From Caldilineales bacterium (GTDB lineage: Bacteria > Chloroflexota > Anaerolineae > Caldilineales > Caldilineaceae): a stretch of DNA of 64,000 bases. Location of the stretch: positions 3,298-67,297 of the forward strand of contig JBBRBX010000012.1 of NCBI GenBank assembly GCA_038205395.1, in the 5' to 3' direction. Below are positions 27,357 through 38,988 of the stretch, one piece after another; the stretch's first letter is position 1, and each line of letters begins with the position of its first letter. The position numbers and the translations under genes were made by a program. Below the pieces are notes generated by a model that ran no database searches, was not told where the DNA came from, and was given only the letters and a program-made list of their open reading frames with translations.

Positions 27357-29102
27357 ATGCAAAAGTCTCTTTTACCGTCAAAACTGCTTGTTGTCCTGAG
27401 TGTGGCTATGATTGCCGGCGGATTGGCTTTGGGACTGTGGGCCTTCGCCAGCAGCCCATTTGGCGTGCAGGCGCATAGCAAACCGGCCTCTGCTGCTGCC
27501 GTCCTGCCTGGCGCGCAAGCGGACGGTTTTGCCGCTTCCGCCGCCGGTGCACCGGCAGACACGGCGTTGGCAGCCCATTCCCCCCCGCCGCTGCTGGCGG
27601 TCGCAGCAGGCGACGCCCCCCTCAGCGTGAGCGTCGCTTTGCTGAAGGCGGCGGCACAGATCAGCGACACGCTTTCCTTGACGACAACCGCCGCTGTCCC
27701 GCCCGCCATTCGTCTGGCGGTCGAGCCGGGCGCAGGGACGCTTGTCTACACCGTCACCTTTGCCGCCGCTACGCGCTTCGATACGGCGGATCCCAGCATC
27801 TCCTGGATGGATTTGCGCGGCAACTGGCAGGGCGGCATCGTCTCGTATACCCAGATCGCGGTGCTCAGCGATACGCTGCCCGCACTGCGCACCGTGCTTG
27901 GTGATTCTGGCGCTGCGGTTGTGGGGTATGAGGGTGTTGAAGAGGTGGTGGCTGCTGCCTGGCAAGATCGGACGACCCTGGCGCTGCTGCCTTTTGAGCA
28001 GCTTGAACCGCGGCTGGTTGTGTTCAGCGTGGACGGCCAAAATCCGGTGGATAACAGCGCCCACTATGCTGCGTCTCGCTACCCGTTGATTGCCGATGTC
28101 TACGCCCAAGTGGCGGCGGAAGATGCGGTTGATTTGGCGCTGGCGCGTAAGGCGCTGGCTCTCCTGCCGCCAGGCAACCGCCGCGCCGAGCATCTGACGG
28201 TTGTGGCGATGACCGGCGTCACGGCCATGTGCCGCCAGACCGCTGCGCAGATGGATCGTTTGGGCGTCGACTGGCCTGCCGCCGTGGTAGGCGCGGAGCT
28301 GGCCTCCGCTGATATTACTCACATCAGCAATGAAGTGCCGTTTGTTGACGGTTGCGAAACCAATATAAGCGCCGACAACCTGAATTTCTGTTCCAAGCCC
28401 GAATATATGGCTGCCTTGACAGATTCAGGAGTCGACATTATCGGCTTGACCGGCAATCACCAAAATGATTTCGGGCGCGAAAATGCCTTGAAGTCGCTCG
28501 ACCTATACGAGAAAACAAATTTGCCGGTCTATGGCGGGGGCCGCAACAAGGAAGCCGCTTTTAAGCCGTTGATCATCGAGCATAACGGCAACCGGTTGGC
28601 CTTTTTGGGCGCCAACAGTTACGGCCCCAAATTTGCTTGGGCAACCGATGCCCTGCCTGGCAGTGCTGAGTTTGATCTGGCGATCATGTCGGCCACAATT
28701 CGGGGCCTCAAGCAGGAGAACGAGGCGGATGTCGTGCTGGCTGAGCTGCAGTATCAGGAGAGCTACGACACGCAGCCATTGATGGACCAGCGCCAGGATT
28801 TCACCGCTTTGGTGCGCGCGGGCGCCGATATTGTGACGGGTGTGCAGAGCCATGTTCCGCAGGGGATGGAATTTACCGACGGCAGGCTCGTCCTCTATGG
28901 CTTAGGGAACCTCTATTTTGATCAGATGGGGGAGCAGACGACGCGTGAAGGGATGATCGTCAAGCATACCATTTACGAAGGCCGCCACATCAGCACCCAG
29001 GTGCTGACCACGCTGCTTTATGACTATGGTCAACCGCGCTGGACAACCCAGCCGCAGCGCGACGCTATCCTCCAGCGTGTCTTTGCTGCCAGCTACTGGT
29101 AG
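27357..29102 (+). CDS. CapA-family (PGA_cap metallophosphatase-like) protein
   Basis: N-terminal TM anchor. The C-terminal ~330 aa carry CapA-type motifs (MTGVTAM.., [56 protein letters not shown]). Confidence 0.85.
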   Translation: MQKSLLPSKLLVVLSVAMIAGGLALGLWAFASSPFGVQAHSKPASAAAVLPGAQADGFAASAAGAPADTALAAHSPPPLLAVAAGDAPLSVSVALLKAAAQISDTLSLTTTAAVPPAIRLAVEPGAGTLVYTVTFAAATRFDTADPSISWMDLRGNWQGGIVSYTQIAVLSDTLPALRTVLGDSGAAVVGYEGVEEVVAAAWQDRTTLALLPFEQLEPRLVVFSVDGQNPVDNSAHYAASRYPLIADVYAQVAAEDAVDLALARKALALLPPGNRRAEHLTVVAMTGVTAMCRQTAAQMDRLGVDWPAAVVGAELASADITHISNEVPFVDGCETNISADNLNFCSKPEYMAALTDSGVDIIGLTGNHQNDFGRENALKSLDLYEKTNLPVYGGGRNKEAAFKPLIIEHNGNRLAFLGANSYGPKFAWATDALPGSAEFDLAIMSATIRGLKQENEADVVLAELQYQESYDTQPLMDQRQDFTALVRAGADIVTGVQSHVPQGMEFTDGRLVLYGLGNLYFDQMGEQTTREGMIVKHTIYEGRHISTQVLTTLLYDYGQPRWTTQPQRDAILQRVFAASYW

Positions 29103-29178
29103 CCTGAGCATGAACGCACCGCCGCTGGGTTGCTGGATGAGAGCCGGATGAAAGATTCCATGTTGTTCCCCAAACAGC

Positions 29179-29207
29179 TTGCCGCCAACCTTATAAGGCG
29201 CTATACT
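29179..29207 (+). promoter_or_regulatory. Sigma-70-like promoter upstream of the dsbA-like gene
   Basis: TTGCCG (29179-29184), a 17-nt spacer, then TATACT (29202-29207). Confidence 0.45.
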
Positions 29208-29322
29208 GCCGTGCTGCGTTGGGCGATTTAACCCCGCAGCCTGGTTTGTACGCTGCCGTACTGTTACTCCGGAACTTGTTTGCCGGACAATCGATTGCTG
29301 TGTAATCCAACAAGAGGTCGTC

Positions 29323-30096
29323 ATGACAACCACGCCCACCAAAGAAACATCCAACAAAAGCTCCAGCACCAAATCTTCTGCCGCAGCCAAACCAGCGGCG
29401 GCCAAAAAGCCCGCCAGCGGCAGTTCGCGCGTCAATAGCTCCAATATTGGTTTATGGCTGATTGGGGCTTCGGTCGCCATTGTGGTGCTCGTCGTCGCCG
29501 TCATCATTTTTAATGAGAATCGGGCCAAAAGCGCGCCTGTGGTGCAGCCTGACGTGCCGGCGGAGTGGATCAACCGCAATGTCGTCGGCAGCCCCGATGC
29601 CAAGGTGACGGTGCAGCTTTGGGAGGACTTTCTGTGCCCTTCCTGCCAGGTGTTTGCGCAGACGGTCAAACCCCAGATTCTGGAAGAGTATGTGAAGCCT
29701 GGTCTGGTGCGGCTCGAATACCACTACTTCCCGCTGCAGCAGCACGATCCCGGCGCCACCATGAGCGCACTGGCCGCCGAATGCGCCGCCGATCAAGGCA
29801 TGTTCTGGCCTTATCACGACCGCGTCTTCCAGATGGCGCGCGCCGAACAGCAGGGCGCCACCCAGTTTGACGATCTCGTCGGCTACGCGCAGGGCATGGG
29901 CATGAACACGGATACATTTCGGACATGCCTGAGCAGCCAGCAGCACTTGAGCACGATCCAGAGTTCGCTGTCGCAGGCTCAGCAGTTGAATCTCCAGTTT
30001 ACCCCCTCGGTCATCGTGGGCGATACGCTGCTGCAGGATTCCAGCTACCCAGCGGTGAAAGCCGAACTCGACAAGCAGCTTGCGCCGGCAGGCTAA
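29323..30096 (+). CDS. DsbA-family thiol:disulfide oxidoreductase (membrane-anchored)
   Basis: Ser/Ala/Lys-rich N-terminus, one TM helix, and a thioredoxin fold with [12 protein letters not shown] (CPSC active site). Confidence 0.85.
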   Translation: MTTTPTKETSNKSSSTKSSAAAKPAAAKKPASGSSRVNSSNIGLWLIGASVAIVVLVVAVIIFNENRAKSAPVVQPDVPAEWINRNVVGSPDAKVTVQLWEDFLCPSCQVFAQTVKPQILEEYVKPGLVRLEYHYFPLQQHDPGATMSALAAECAADQGMFWPYHDRVFQMARAEQQGATQFDDLVGYAQGMGMNTDTFRTCLSSQQHLSTIQSSLSQAQQLNLQFTPSVIVGDTLLQDSSYPAVKAELDKQLAPAG

Positions 30097-30122
30097 CGCC
30101 ACAAGGATAGTAACGCAGATCT

Positions 30123-31040
30123 ATGGAACGCATTTCGATCTGGCTGAACCGCAACAGCCTCTACATTGCGCTGGTTGCTGCATGGATCGCCATGTGGGGC
30201 AGCCTTTACTTTAGTGAAGTGAGAGGCTATATCCCCTGCACCCTGTGCTGGTATCAGCGCATTCTCATGTATCCTTTGACTGCGATCATTGCGATCGGGC
30301 TGCTGCGGCGGGATTGGCATTTGCCTTACTACATATTGCCTTTTTCGGTCTTTGGGCTGGGCGTCTCGACCTATCACTACTTGCTGGAGAAGACCGATCT
30401 CTTTGCCGGCGCGGCAGCTTGCCGCCAGGGCGTCGCCTGCACAACGCAGTGGATCAACTGGTTTGGCTTTGTAACCATTCCGTTTTTGGCTTTGATCGCT
30501 TTTTTGGTGATTACGCTGATGTCGATTATCGCCTTGCTCAACCGCGAGCCGGTGGGCGAGGATGAAGAGGGCGATCCGCTGCGCACGCCTTGGGTGGGGG
30601 TTGTCGCTCCGGTGCTGGCCGTGTTGGTCGTCTTTGCCGTGCTCTTTATTACCGGTGCACCGGCGGCGCAGGCGTCTGCGCCGGCAACAACCGCCGCCTT
30701 TGCGGTTGCCGATGTCACGCCCGGCCCACAGGCGTTGGCTGCACACGCTGACCACGATCCCGCAGTTCTTGCTCGCGGCAGCCAACTGTTTCGTGAAGCG
30801 TGCGCCGCCTGTCATGGCATTGATGCCAAGGGCGTGGCCAATCTGGGGAACCCTTTGGCCGCTTCGGACTTTATAAATAGTAAGACGGACGCGGAACTGC
30901 TGGCGATGATTCGGGCAGGGCGCGATCTGAGCGACCCAGAGAATACGACGGGACTCGTGATGCCACCCAGTGGCGGGCGACCCGACTTGAGCGATCAGGA
31001 CCTGCTGGCCATTATCACCTTTGTGCGCACCCAGCCTTGA
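30123..31040 (+). CDS. DsbB (BdbC-type) disulfide-bond-formation protein fused to a c-type cytochrome domain
   Basis: [25 protein letters not shown] is the BdbC/DsbB signature. A second Cys pair is present (ACRQGVAC), with 4 TM helices, then a linker, a fifth TM helix, and a CAACH haem-c motif with downstream Met (GLVMPPSGG). Confidence 0.85.
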   Translation: MERISIWLNRNSLYIALVAAWIAMWGSLYFSEVRGYIPCTLCWYQRILMYPLTAIIAIGLLRRDWHLPYYILPFSVFGLGVSTYHYLLEKTDLFAGAAACRQGVACTTQWINWFGFVTIPFLALIAFLVITLMSIIALLNREPVGEDEEGDPLRTPWVGVVAPVLAVLVVFAVLFITGAPAAQASAPATTAAFAVADVTPGPQALAAHADHDPAVLARGSQLFREACAACHGIDAKGVANLGNPLAASDFINSKTDAELLAMIRAGRDLSDPENTTGLVMPPSGGRPDLSDQDLLAIITFVRTQP

Positions 31041-31065
31041 TTGCCAACATGAGGAATGGCACGTA

Positions 31066-31902
31066 TTGAGTAAGCAAACGATAGTGCGAACGCTTTTGCC
31101 GGTGCTGCTGTTGGCACTTGCCTGCTTGGCGGCGCCCACTGCCTTGCATGCGCAGGACAACGAATCCGGCATTTCATCGCCAGGCCCAGGCGCCTCTATC
31201 AATGGGGATGTGCCTATCTATGGGACGGCGACGATCGACCCATTTCAGAAGTATGAGCTTCATTACAAGCAAGAGCCAAGCGGCGATGACGCTTATATTT
31301 ATTTTGCCGGCGGCACTTCGGCGATTTTTAATGGCCAGCTTGGCGTGTGGCAGGCCGGCGCGCTGCCGCCTGGAACCTACACGCTGCGGCTGCGTGTCGT
31401 GAAAGTCGATGGCAATTATGCCGAGTTTTATACACCCAATATCGGCGTCAACCAGGCAGGCGCAGCGCCGGCGCTGGCGCCGGTTGCTACGACCGAGCTG
31501 ACCCCTACCGTGACGCCAACCTTTACACCTGCGCCACAGCCGACCGCTGCCGTGGGGCAGGTGACGCAGCCGCAAGTTGAAGATGATTCAGCCGCGCCCA
31601 CGCTCACCCCCACTCCGCAGGCGGTGGCGGCGGACACCTCCGTACAGCCCGCCGCGCCTGCTGAGCCTGCTGCTGCTGGAGCCGCCTTGCTGCCCACTTC
31701 CACCCCGGCCGGCCAGGCGAACGCAGTGGCGGCAGGACAAGGTGACAGCGTCACCCAACAGTTGGGCGAGTCACTGGGCATTGAGCGCCTGCGCACCCAG
31801 TTCTTTAATGGCGTGCGCATCAGTGCAGCGCTTTTTATCGGCCTGGCGGCTTTGTTGGCGGGCAAGCGGCTGTTTGAATGGATGTGGAAGAAGTACGGCT
31901 AG
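31066..31902 (+). CDS. Hypothetical secreted, C-terminally anchored protein
   Basis: The TTG at 31066 follows GAGGA. It has a signal peptide ([28 protein letters not shown]), a ~110-aa beta-rich domain, a Pro/Thr/Ala linker, and a C-terminal TM helix. The start codon is uncertain. Confidence 0.5.
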   Translation: MSKQTIVRTLLPVLLLALACLAAPTALHAQDNESGISSPGPGASINGDVPIYGTATIDPFQKYELHYKQEPSGDDAYIYFAGGTSAIFNGQLGVWQAGALPPGTYTLRLRVVKVDGNYAEFYTPNIGVNQAGAAPALAPVATTELTPTVTPTFTPAPQPTAAVGQVTQPQVEDDSAAPTLTPTPQAVAADTSVQPAAPAEPAAAGAALLPTSTPAGQANAVAAGQGDSVTQQLGESLGIERLRTQFFNGVRISAALFIGLAALLAGKRLFEWMWKKYG

Positions 31903-32031
31903 GCTTGCCGTCGTACTGTTTGTCACAAGTAAATTTTGGGCGCGAACTACCGGGGTCTCAACCACACCCGCGGCTGTTCGCGCCTTTCGGCTTGGATACG
32001 GCAAGCCGTGTAAAGAAGCTGGTCACATACC

Positions 32032-32613
32032 ATGCAAGATGTCAAAATGATTGTTGGTCTCGGCAATCCCGGCCCCCAGTACAGCCGGAACCGGCACAAT
32101 ATCGGTTTCCAGTGTGTGGAGTTGTTGGCTCGACGTCATAATTTGCGCCTGGATAAGCTGCAGCAGCGCAGCATGACCGCTGTCGGCGTGGTTGCATGCG
32201 GCGGCGCACGCCACAAGGTGCTGCTGGCGAAACCGCTGACCTTTATGAACAGCAGTGGCGAAGCGGTTGCACCTTTGGCCCGCTATTATCAGATCGCGGC
32301 GCAAGATATGATTGTCATCCATGATGATCTGGATTTGGCGTCGGCTAAGCTGCGCTTGCGTCAGAACGGTTCTTCCGGCGGCCAGAATGGCATCCGCTCG
32401 ATCATCGAGCGCTTCGGCAGCGCCGACTTTGTGCGCGCCAAAGTCGGGATTGGACGGCCACCGGGGCGCATGGACCCGGCTGATTTTGTGCTGCAAAATT
32501 TCAGTGCTGCGGAAGAAGATCTGTTTGGCCCGCTGCGTGACCGGGTGTGTGATGCGGTGGAATGTTGGCTGGCGGAAGGTATCGATGCGGCGATGAACCG
32601 CTACAATAGCTGA
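32032..32613 (+). CDS. pth: Peptidyl-tRNA hydrolase
   Basis: [21 protein letters not shown] and HDDLDL motifs. Confidence 0.93.
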   Translation: MQDVKMIVGLGNPGPQYSRNRHNIGFQCVELLARRHNLRLDKLQQRSMTAVGVVACGGARHKVLLAKPLTFMNSSGEAVAPLARYYQIAAQDMIVIHDDLDLASAKLRLRQNGSSGGQNGIRSIIERFGSADFVRAKVGIGRPPGRMDPADFVLQNFSAAEEDLFGPLRDRVCDAVECWLAEGIDAAMNRYNS

Positions 32614-32623
32614 GGTTGCGCCC

Positions 32624-35600
32624 ATGAAGTTGACTGGAATCGTCGATCTGCTGCCCTCTGTGCCGGCATTTGCCGACTGGCTTGCGCAGCTCCAGGAGGG
32701 CAAGGAAACCCTTCCCCAGGCTGTGCTGCAAGCGGCGCGGCCTGCGTTGGTGGCAGGGCTGTCCGCCCGCTGGCCGGCGCCGATTTTGTTGGTCACCGCA
32801 CGCGGCGAAATGGCCCAACAGTTGGCCGAGCAGTTGCTGCTCTGGCTGCCGGGGTTGGAAGCGGGCGGCCCTCCCGTGTATCATTTTTCTGAGCCGGATG
32901 CACTCCCTTACGAACGTATTGCCTGGAGCGGCAGAACGCGCCAGCGCCGCCTGACCACGCTGGCTGCGCTGCAGCAGCAGCAGCAGACCCCACCACTGAT
33001 TGTCGTCGCCAGCGCGCGTGCCCTCATGCAGAAGACACTTCCCCCACGTGAACTGCGCCTTGCGCTGCGCACCATCCGCGTCGGCGCCGCGCTGCGCTTG
33101 GAACAGGTGGTCGCAGGCTGGGTGCAGACCGGCTACAACCCGGTGGAGATTGTGGAAGAGCCTGGCTCCTTTGCCCGCCGCGGCGGCATCGTCGACATCT
33201 GGCCTCCCAATCTGTCCCACCCGCTGCGCATCGATCTGTTTGGTGATGAGGTGGAGAGTTTGCGTCTCTTTGATCCGGCCACCCAGCGCACCATTCGCCA
33301 AGTAGACAGTGTGGAGATTGGGCCGGGCAGCGAGGTGTTGAGCAAGTACGGCCCCACCATTTTAGAGCGGCTCAATGTGCGTGGCGAACGGTTGATGGCA
33401 CCCGAAAATATTGCTCCCGCCGGCGTGGATGCGCAGCCGGATTCGCCCCTGCATGATGCGCGCCTGCATCTCACCTTGCGTGAGGATCTGCGTCTTGAGG
33501 TGGAGCATCTGCACGACAGCCAGAGCTTTCACGGCATTGAGTGGTATCTGCCCTACTGTTATGCGCAGCCGGCGAGCCTGCTCGACCACATCAGCGCGGA
33601 TGGGCTGATTCTGATCGATGAACCGCTGGATTTGTTTGCCACGCTGCATGAGCTGGATCTGCAGGCAGAAGGGTTGCGCATCGAGCTTGAACGCAGTGGA
33701 GAGCTGCCGCGCAATTTTCAGCGCAGCTATTTTACGCAGCAGGAGCTGCGCCAGGCGCTGGCCGCGCGCTTGCCTGCGATTCTGGGCTATGGCGATTTGG
33801 CCGGCAAGAGCGCGGGCGCCAACACGCCGCTGGCGCGCTGCTTTGCGCCTGCACCCCGTTTCGGCGGCAAATCCAAGGAGATCGCCGCTGAATTGGTCAA
33901 GGTGCACAATGCCGGCCACAGCAGTGTGTTGCTCTCTCGCCAGGCGCAGCGATTACAAGAGCTGCTGCAGGAAATGCATCTGGCTCCACAACTGCTTGAG
34001 CGGCTGGCGGAAGCGCCCGCCGCAGGCTCGGTTGTGCTGCTGCCGGGGGTGCTCGGTGAAGGCTTTATTTTGCGTGGGGGCACCTCCCACCTGCATTTCT
34101 ACACGGACACCGAACTGTATGGGTGGAGCAAGCCCCAGGCGCGTGCGCGCTCTAAATCACACAGCAAGGTGGCGCCCGAACTGTTTTTTGCCGACATGAA
34201 GAACGGCGAGTTGGTCGTGCATATCGAGCACGGCATCGGCACCTTCGACGGCCTGGTGCGCATGGAACTGGGCGGTATGGAGCGCGAGTATCTTCAGGTA
34301 AGCTATGCACGCGGGGACAAGCTCTATGTGCCCGTGCATCAGGCTGACCGGCTTAGCCGCTATGTTGGGGCCGGCGAAAGTGCACCGCCCGTCACCCGTC
34401 TGGGTACGGCGGATTGGCAGTTGGTCAAGGAGCGTGCCAAGCGCGCCGTGGCCGAGATTGCCGATGATCTGCTCAAACTGTATGCCCAGCGTGAACTGAT
34501 CAAGGGCCATGTATACAGCCCCGACAGTCCGTGGCAGGAAGAGATGGAGGCTGCCTTTCCTTATCAGGAAACCGACGACCAACTGCATGCCGTAGAGGCT
34601 GTCAAGCACGATATGGAGTCGGATCGGCCTATGGATCGGCTGATCTGCGGCGATGTCGGCTATGGCAAAACCGAGGTGGCGATCCGAGCCGCTTTCAAAG
34701 CGATCAACGACAGCAAACAGGTGGCCTTTCTTGTCCCCACCACTGTATTGGCGCAGCAGCACTATCGCAATATCGCCGCCCGGCTGAGCCGCTTTCCGGT
34801 GCGTGTTGAAGTGCTCAGCCGCTTTCGCACCGCAGCGCAGCAGCAAAAGGTGATTGAAGGGCTGGAGGCGGGCACGGTTGATCTGGTAGTGGGCACGCAC
34901 CGCCTGCTTAGCCAGGATGTGCAGTTCAAAGATCTGGGTATGCTCATCATCGATGAAGAGCAGCGCTTTGGCGTCTCCCAGAAAGAGCAGCTCAAACAAC
35001 TGCGGGCGAAGGTGGATGTTTTGACGCTGAGCGCCACACCGATTCCGCGCACGCTGCATATGAGCCTGAGCGGCATCCGCGATATGAGCACGATCAACAC
35101 CCCCCCCAAGGAACGCCAGCCGATCCACACGGTATTGACCGAGTACGATGATTTGCTGGTCAAGCAGGCGATTGAACGCGAACTGCATCATGGCGGCCAA
35201 GTCTTTGTTGTCACGCATCGCATTCGCGGCATCCAGGTTTTGGCGGATCGCATCCAGCGTCTCGTGCCCAATGCGGTGGTGGCTGTGGGCCATGGACAGA
35301 TGCACGAGCGCGAGCTGGAAGATGCCATGCTGCGTTTTGCTGACGGCGACGTGGATGTATTGGTGGCGACTACTATCATTGAGAATGGCTTGGATATTCC
35401 CAATGCCAACACCATCATCATCAACCGCGCGGATCATTTTGGCCTGGCGCAGTTGTACCAGTTGCGCGGACGGGTGGGGCGCAGCGCGCAGCGCGGCTAC
35501 TGCTATCTGCTCTACGACCGCCACAGCGTGCTGAGCTATGATGCGCGGCGGCGGCTGTCGGCGGTGTTGGAAAGCAGCGAGGAGCTGGGCGCCGGCTTTC

Positions 35601-36457
35601 GCATTGCGATGCGCGATCTGGAAATTCGCGGCGCGGGAGAACTGTTGGGTGCGCGCCAGCATGGCCATATTGACAGCGTTGGCTTTGATCTGTACACGCG
35701 GCTGCTGGCCCAGGCCATTAATGAGGCGCGGCGTAAAAAGAGCCGGTTTGATAAAGCCGTGCAGTTGAATGAGAATGAGACCGGTGAGAATGGTGAGCCG
35801 CAAGATGGGGCTGCGCAGGAGGGCCGGGAGCAGGTGGAAGCTGCCGGTGCTGCCGGCGATCCGGCCGATACACAGTCGCGCACTGTCTCGACGCAGGACA
35901 GCGCAGAAGCGGACGCCGAGTTTGTGGAAGATGAGCCGATCCCCTTTGACCTGGCGGATCCCCTGGCCCCGCCTGTGACGCTTGATCTGCCGCTGGATGC
36001 CCGGATTCCGGCCTGGTATATTGAGGATGAAGACCTGCGTCTGCAACTGTATCGCCGCACGGCAGGCATCACGCATCCTGAGATGCTGGACGAGATGCGC
36101 CATGAATTGGTGGATCGCTTCGGCAAGGACACCGAGACTGGCTCCGTGCCGGAAGAGGTCGAGAATCTTTTCTTCCAGATTCAGGTCAAAATCTTGGCTA
36201 CGCGGGCGGATGTGGATCGAATCGGGCGGGACATGGACAACCTGGTCTTGCACAGCGAGGCGTTGGAGAATATGGATCGCAAGACAATGCAGCGTCGGCT
36301 GCGGCTGGGCCTGGGGCGGCTGTCGGAAGATGACAACAGCTTTGTGGCGGAGGATGCTGCACGCGTTGGACGCCGCGCCATCTACCTTCCCATCGACGAA
36401 GGCGGGCGCTGGCGCGAAGTGCTGCTGCGCACGCTGCAGATAATGGCGGTGGGATAA
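32624..36457 (+). CDS. mfd: Transcription-repair coupling factor
   Basis: 1277 aa with a UvrB-homology N-terminus, CarD-like RID (EHGIGTFDG...YVPV), SF2 helicase motifs ([25 protein letters not shown]) and a TRG motif, and a C-terminal D7 domain. Confidence 0.96.
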   Translation: MKLTGIVDLLPSVPAFADWLAQLQEGKETLPQAVLQAARPALVAGLSARWPAPILLVTARGEMAQQLAEQLLLWLPGLEAGGPPVYHFSEPDALPYERIAWSGRTRQRRLTTLAALQQQQQTPPLIVVASARALMQKTLPPRELRLALRTIRVGAALRLEQVVAGWVQTGYNPVEIVEEPGSFARRGGIVDIWPPNLSHPLRIDLFGDEVESLRLFDPATQRTIRQVDSVEIGPGSEVLSKYGPTILERLNVRGERLMAPENIAPAGVDAQPDSPLHDARLHLTLREDLRLEVEHLHDSQSFHGIEWYLPYCYAQPASLLDHISADGLILIDEPLDLFATLHELDLQAEGLRIELERSGELPRNFQRSYFTQQELRQALAARLPAILGYGDLAGKSAGANTPLARCFAPAPRFGGKSKEIAAELVKVHNAGHSSVLLSRQAQRLQELLQEMHLAPQLLERLAEAPAAGSVVLLPGVLGEGFILRGGTSHLHFYTDTELYGWSKPQARARSKSHSKVAPELFFADMKNGELVVHIEHGIGTFDGLVRMELGGMEREYLQVSYARGDKLYVPVHQADRLSRYVGAGESAPPVTRLGTADWQLVKERAKRAVAEIADDLLKLYAQRELIKGHVYSPDSPWQEEMEAAFPYQETDDQLHAVEAVKHDMESDRPMDRLICGDVGYGKTEVAIRAAFKAINDSKQVAFLVPTTVLAQQHYRNIAARLSRFPVRVEVLSRFRTAAQQQKVIEGLEAGTVDLVVGTHRLLSQDVQFKDLGMLIIDEEQRFGVSQKEQLKQLRAKVDVLTLSATPIPRTLHMSLSGIRDMSTINTPPKERQPIHTVLTEYDDLLVKQAIERELHHGGQVFVVTHRIRGIQVLADRIQRLVPNAVVAVGHGQMHERELEDAMLRFADGDVDVLVATTIIENGLDIPNANTIIINRADHFGLAQLYQLRGRVGRSAQRGYCYLLYDRHSVLSYDARRRLSAVLESSEELGAGFRIAMRDLEIRGAGELLGARQHGHIDSVGFDLYTRLLAQAINEARRKKSRFDKAVQLNENETGENGEPQDGAAQEGREQVEAAGAAGDPADTQSRTVSTQDSAEADAEFVEDEPIPFDLADPLAPPVTLDLPLDARIPAWYIEDEDLRLQLYRRTAGITHPEMLDEMRHELVDRFGKDTETGSVPEEVENLFFQIQVKILATRADVDRIGRDMDNLVLHSEALENMDRKTMQRRLRLGLGRLSEDDNSFVAEDAARVGRRAIYLPIDEGGRWREVLLRTLQIMAVG

Positions 36458-36477
36458 AAAGACTAATCCACATTTAT

Positions 36478-36516
36478 CCCACATTTATCCCACATTTCGT
36501 GTGGGATAAATGTGGG
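36478..36516. terminator. 17-bp perfect hairpin between convergent mfd and the HMGCS gene
   Basis: CCCACATTTATCCCACA-TTTCG-TGTGGGATAAATGTGGG is built from repeated GTGGGATAAA/TTTATCCCAC units. Confidence 0.6.
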
Positions 36517-36574
36517 TTAGGACTTTTCTGTGTGCATATCGGCTTGGTATTGGATAGCGCACACCGGTTGTGTG

Positions 36575-37627
36575 TTAGTGGGTCGCCAGCTTTTTCCGGA
36601 ACCGGACGTACTGCGCATAGTCAATGAGCTGGCGGCGGCGAATATAGTCGCGTGTGGTGGGGGCAAGCCGCTGGGCTTCCAGAATGCGATCCGTCACCAA
36701 TAGGTCAAATGCATCCGAGCCGGCGCCGCTGCCGTAGCTTACCACCAAGATGCGCTGGCCGGGCTGCACTTCATCCAGCACGGCAGACAGGCCGATCAGC
36801 GCCGACCCCGCATAGGTGTTGCCGATTTCGGCCACCAGCAGCCCCGTCTTCCACTGGGCGGGCTGAAAGCCCAAATCCGTCAGCGCACGGGTGGGAAATT
36901 TGGGGTTCGGCTGGTGAAAGATCACGTAGTCATACTCTTGGGGTGTTGTATTCATCTGCCGCATCATCTCTTCCGCCGCCGGCGTCACATGGCCGAAGTA
37001 GCCGGGGTCGCCGCTAAAGCGTTCGGCGTGGCTGGGATAATGAGTGATGGGCCGCCGCCAAAAATCGGTGGTGTCGGACACATAACTTAAGCTGCGCTGG
37101 ATGATGGCCAAGGACTCTTCGGCTGGGCCGACGATATAGGCTGCCCCTCCTGCGCCTGCCGTGTACTCCAATGCATCGCCGGGGCGGCCTTGCGCCGTGT
37201 CCATGCCGATACTCAATGCGTAATCCGCCATGCCGCTGCCCACAATGCCGATGCATGCCTGCATTGCCTCTGTGCCGGCTTTGCAGGCAAATTGCCAGTC
37301 GGCGGCCAATGTCGCCGGTGTGGCGCCGATGGCCTCCGCCACAATGGTCCCCGTCGGCTTGACGGCATAGGGATGGCTTTCACTACCCACCCAGACGGCC
37401 GCCAACTGCTGCGGGTCGATCTGGGCGCGCGCCAGCGCGTTGCGCGCCGCTTCGACGCTCATGGTTGCCGTGTCTTCATCTAGCCCCGGCACGGCTTTTT
37501 CGCGCACGGGGCTGCGGCTGTTGCCTTCCGTCCACACGCGGCTGATTTCGGAGCCGGGCAGGCGATAGCGTGGCACATATGCGCCATAGCCGACGATGCC
37601 GACCGGACGGGTGGGTTGATTGAACAT
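36575..37627 (-). CDS. Hydroxymethylglutaryl-CoA synthase, archaeal-type (~350 aa)
   Basis: [50 protein letters not shown] and [14 protein letters not shown] closely follow the short archaeal-type HMGCS pattern. The start overlaps the HMGR stop (TAATG). Confidence 0.88.
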   Translation of the reverse strand: MFNQPTRPVGIVGYGAYVPRYRLPGSEISRVWTEGNSRSPVREKAVPGLDEDTATMSVEAARNALARAQIDPQQLAAVWVGSESHPYAVKPTGTIVAEAIGATPATLAADWQFACKAGTEAMQACIGIVGSGMADYALSIGMDTAQGRPGDALEYTAGAGGAAYIVGPAEESLAIIQRSLSYVSDTTDFWRRPITHYPSHAERFSGDPGYFGHVTPAAEEMMRQMNTTPQEYDYVIFHQPNPKFPTRALTDLGFQPAQWKTGLLVAEIGNTYAGSALIGLSAVLDEVQPGQRILVVSYGSGAGSDAFDLLVTDRILEAQRLAPTTRDYIRRRQLIDYAQYVRFRKKLATH

Positions 37628-38973
37628 TACTTTGCCTTTTTTCCTTCCCGCAGCAGTTCTTTTGCCCGCTCCACGCGCACCTGGCCTTCCGCCGCTAACG
37701 CCGCCGCGATCCAGTCCACATCGGCCCCGGTCGCGCCGGCGGCGACTGCCATCTGCCGAGCGTGCAGCGACATGTGGCCGCGCTGAATGCCTTCGGTGGC
37801 CAGCGCCCGGATTGCGGCCAGGTTCTGCGCCAGGCCGACCGCGGCCATGACTTCACTCAGTTCACGCGCAGTGGCTACACCCAGAATTTTCAGCGCCGTC
37901 TGCGCCACAGGGTGCGTGCGTGTGGCGCCGCCGACGATGCCGACAGCCAAAGGCAGTTCCAGGCGACCATATAAGTGAGCCGCACCCCCTTGACTTTCGC
38001 CGTCGCTGACGACTTTCCACTCGGTCAGGGCGCGGTACTGCCCGTCACGCGCGGCATAGGCATGGGCGCCTGCTTCAATCGCGCGCCAGTCATTGCCGGT
38101 GGCAAGCGCCACCGCATCGATGCCATTGAGAATACCTTTGTTGTGGGTAGCCGCACGATAGGGATCCGCTACCGCAAACGCATTGGCTTGGGCGATAGCC
38201 TCCACCGCTTGCTCGCCGGGAAAATCGAGAATGCCAAAGGCGCTGGCTGGAATCGTTACTTCCGCCCAGGCGCGGCGGCGGTCGCTTAAATTGCTGAGAA
38301 TGCGCAGCAGCGCCCGCCCGCGGCTAAGCCGTTCAAGCGCAGGCGCAATGGCTTCGGCAGCGGTGTTGACCACATTGGCGCCCATGGCGTCACGCACGTC
38401 GAACAGCAGGTGAACGATCAACATGGGGCCTGCCGGCGTAACGGGCAGATGGCGCACCTCTAAATCCACTGGGCCGCCGCCACGCAAGGCGATGCTGGGG
38501 CTGGTATTCGCCTGCGCCAGCAGCTCCGCCTTGGCCGCCAGAATTGCTTTTTCCGCTTGATCTGCTGCCGGTACGTCGAGCAGCTGCACCTGTGCAATCA
38601 TGATCGGCTCGGTGCTGCCCGTCGTGAAGCCGCCGCCGGCGCGCGCCAGCTTGGCCGCATAGCTTACGGCTGCCACGACCGACGGCTCCTCCACGACCAT
38701 CGGCGCCAGATATTCTTTGCCGTTGATCAGAAAGTTGACGCCAATCCCCAGCGGCAGGCTGTAACGACCGACCACATTTTCGATCATCTTGTCTGCTTGC
38801 GCCACAGATAGTGCTTCATGCAGCACAGCGACCTCGTCTGCAGTCAAGTCAGCCCAACGGGCGACGATGGCTGTGCGCTCCGCCACGCTCTTTTGATAAA
38901 AGCCACTGAGGCGTGATGTGCGTTCTACACCAGTTGCTTTGCTCATGCCACTATTGTACCCGGCTCGCGCCAT
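37627..38973 (-). CDS. mvaA: HMG-CoA reductase, class II
   Basis: [47 protein letters not shown] matches the class II (Pseudomonas mevalonii-type) pattern, with downstream DAMGANVVN and GTVGG-like motifs. Confidence 0.9.
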   Translation of the reverse strand: MARAGYNSGMSKATGVERTSRLSGFYQKSVAERTAIVARWADLTADEVAVLHEALSVAQADKMIENVVGRYSLPLGIGVNFLINGKEYLAPMVVEEPSVVAAVSYAAKLARAGGGFTTGSTEPIMIAQVQLLDVPAADQAEKAILAAKAELLAQANTSPSIALRGGGPVDLEVRHLPVTPAGPMLIVHLLFDVRDAMGANVVNTAAEAIAPALERLSRGRALLRILSNLSDRRRAWAEVTIPASAFGILDFPGEQAVEAIAQANAFAVADPYRAATHNKGILNGIDAVALATGNDWRAIEAGAHAYAARDGQYRALTEWKVVSDGESQGGAAHLYGRLELPLAVGIVGGATRTHPVAQTALKILGVATARELSEVMAAVGLAQNLAAIRALATEGIQRGHMSLHARQMAVAAGATGADVDWIAAALAAEGQVRVERAKELLREGKKAK

Positions 38974-38988
38974 TTCCCCTGCAAGGGT

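Noticed and set aside
34157-36484. A 775-aa ORF lies antisense to mfd. Similar long antisense ORFs include 4859-6130 (423 aa), 62177-63706 (509 aa), 9029-10126, 27378-28322, 30093-31202 and 48580-49716.
   Set aside because: These are typical high-GC shadow ORFs. They are Arg/Ala/Gly/His/Gln-rich low-complexity translations with no recognisable motifs. Each fully overlaps a sense-strand gene that has unambiguous family signatures.
36449-36516. The TTATCCCACA repeat cluster interpreted as oriC (DnaA boxes) or as a mini CRISPR array.
   Set aside because: - Only one copy is within one mismatch of TTATCCACA.
- There is no adjacent AT-rich unwinding element and no dnaA or dnaN nearby.
- The repeats are contiguous with no spacers and form a perfect hairpin exactly where two convergent operons end, so a terminator is the simpler reading.
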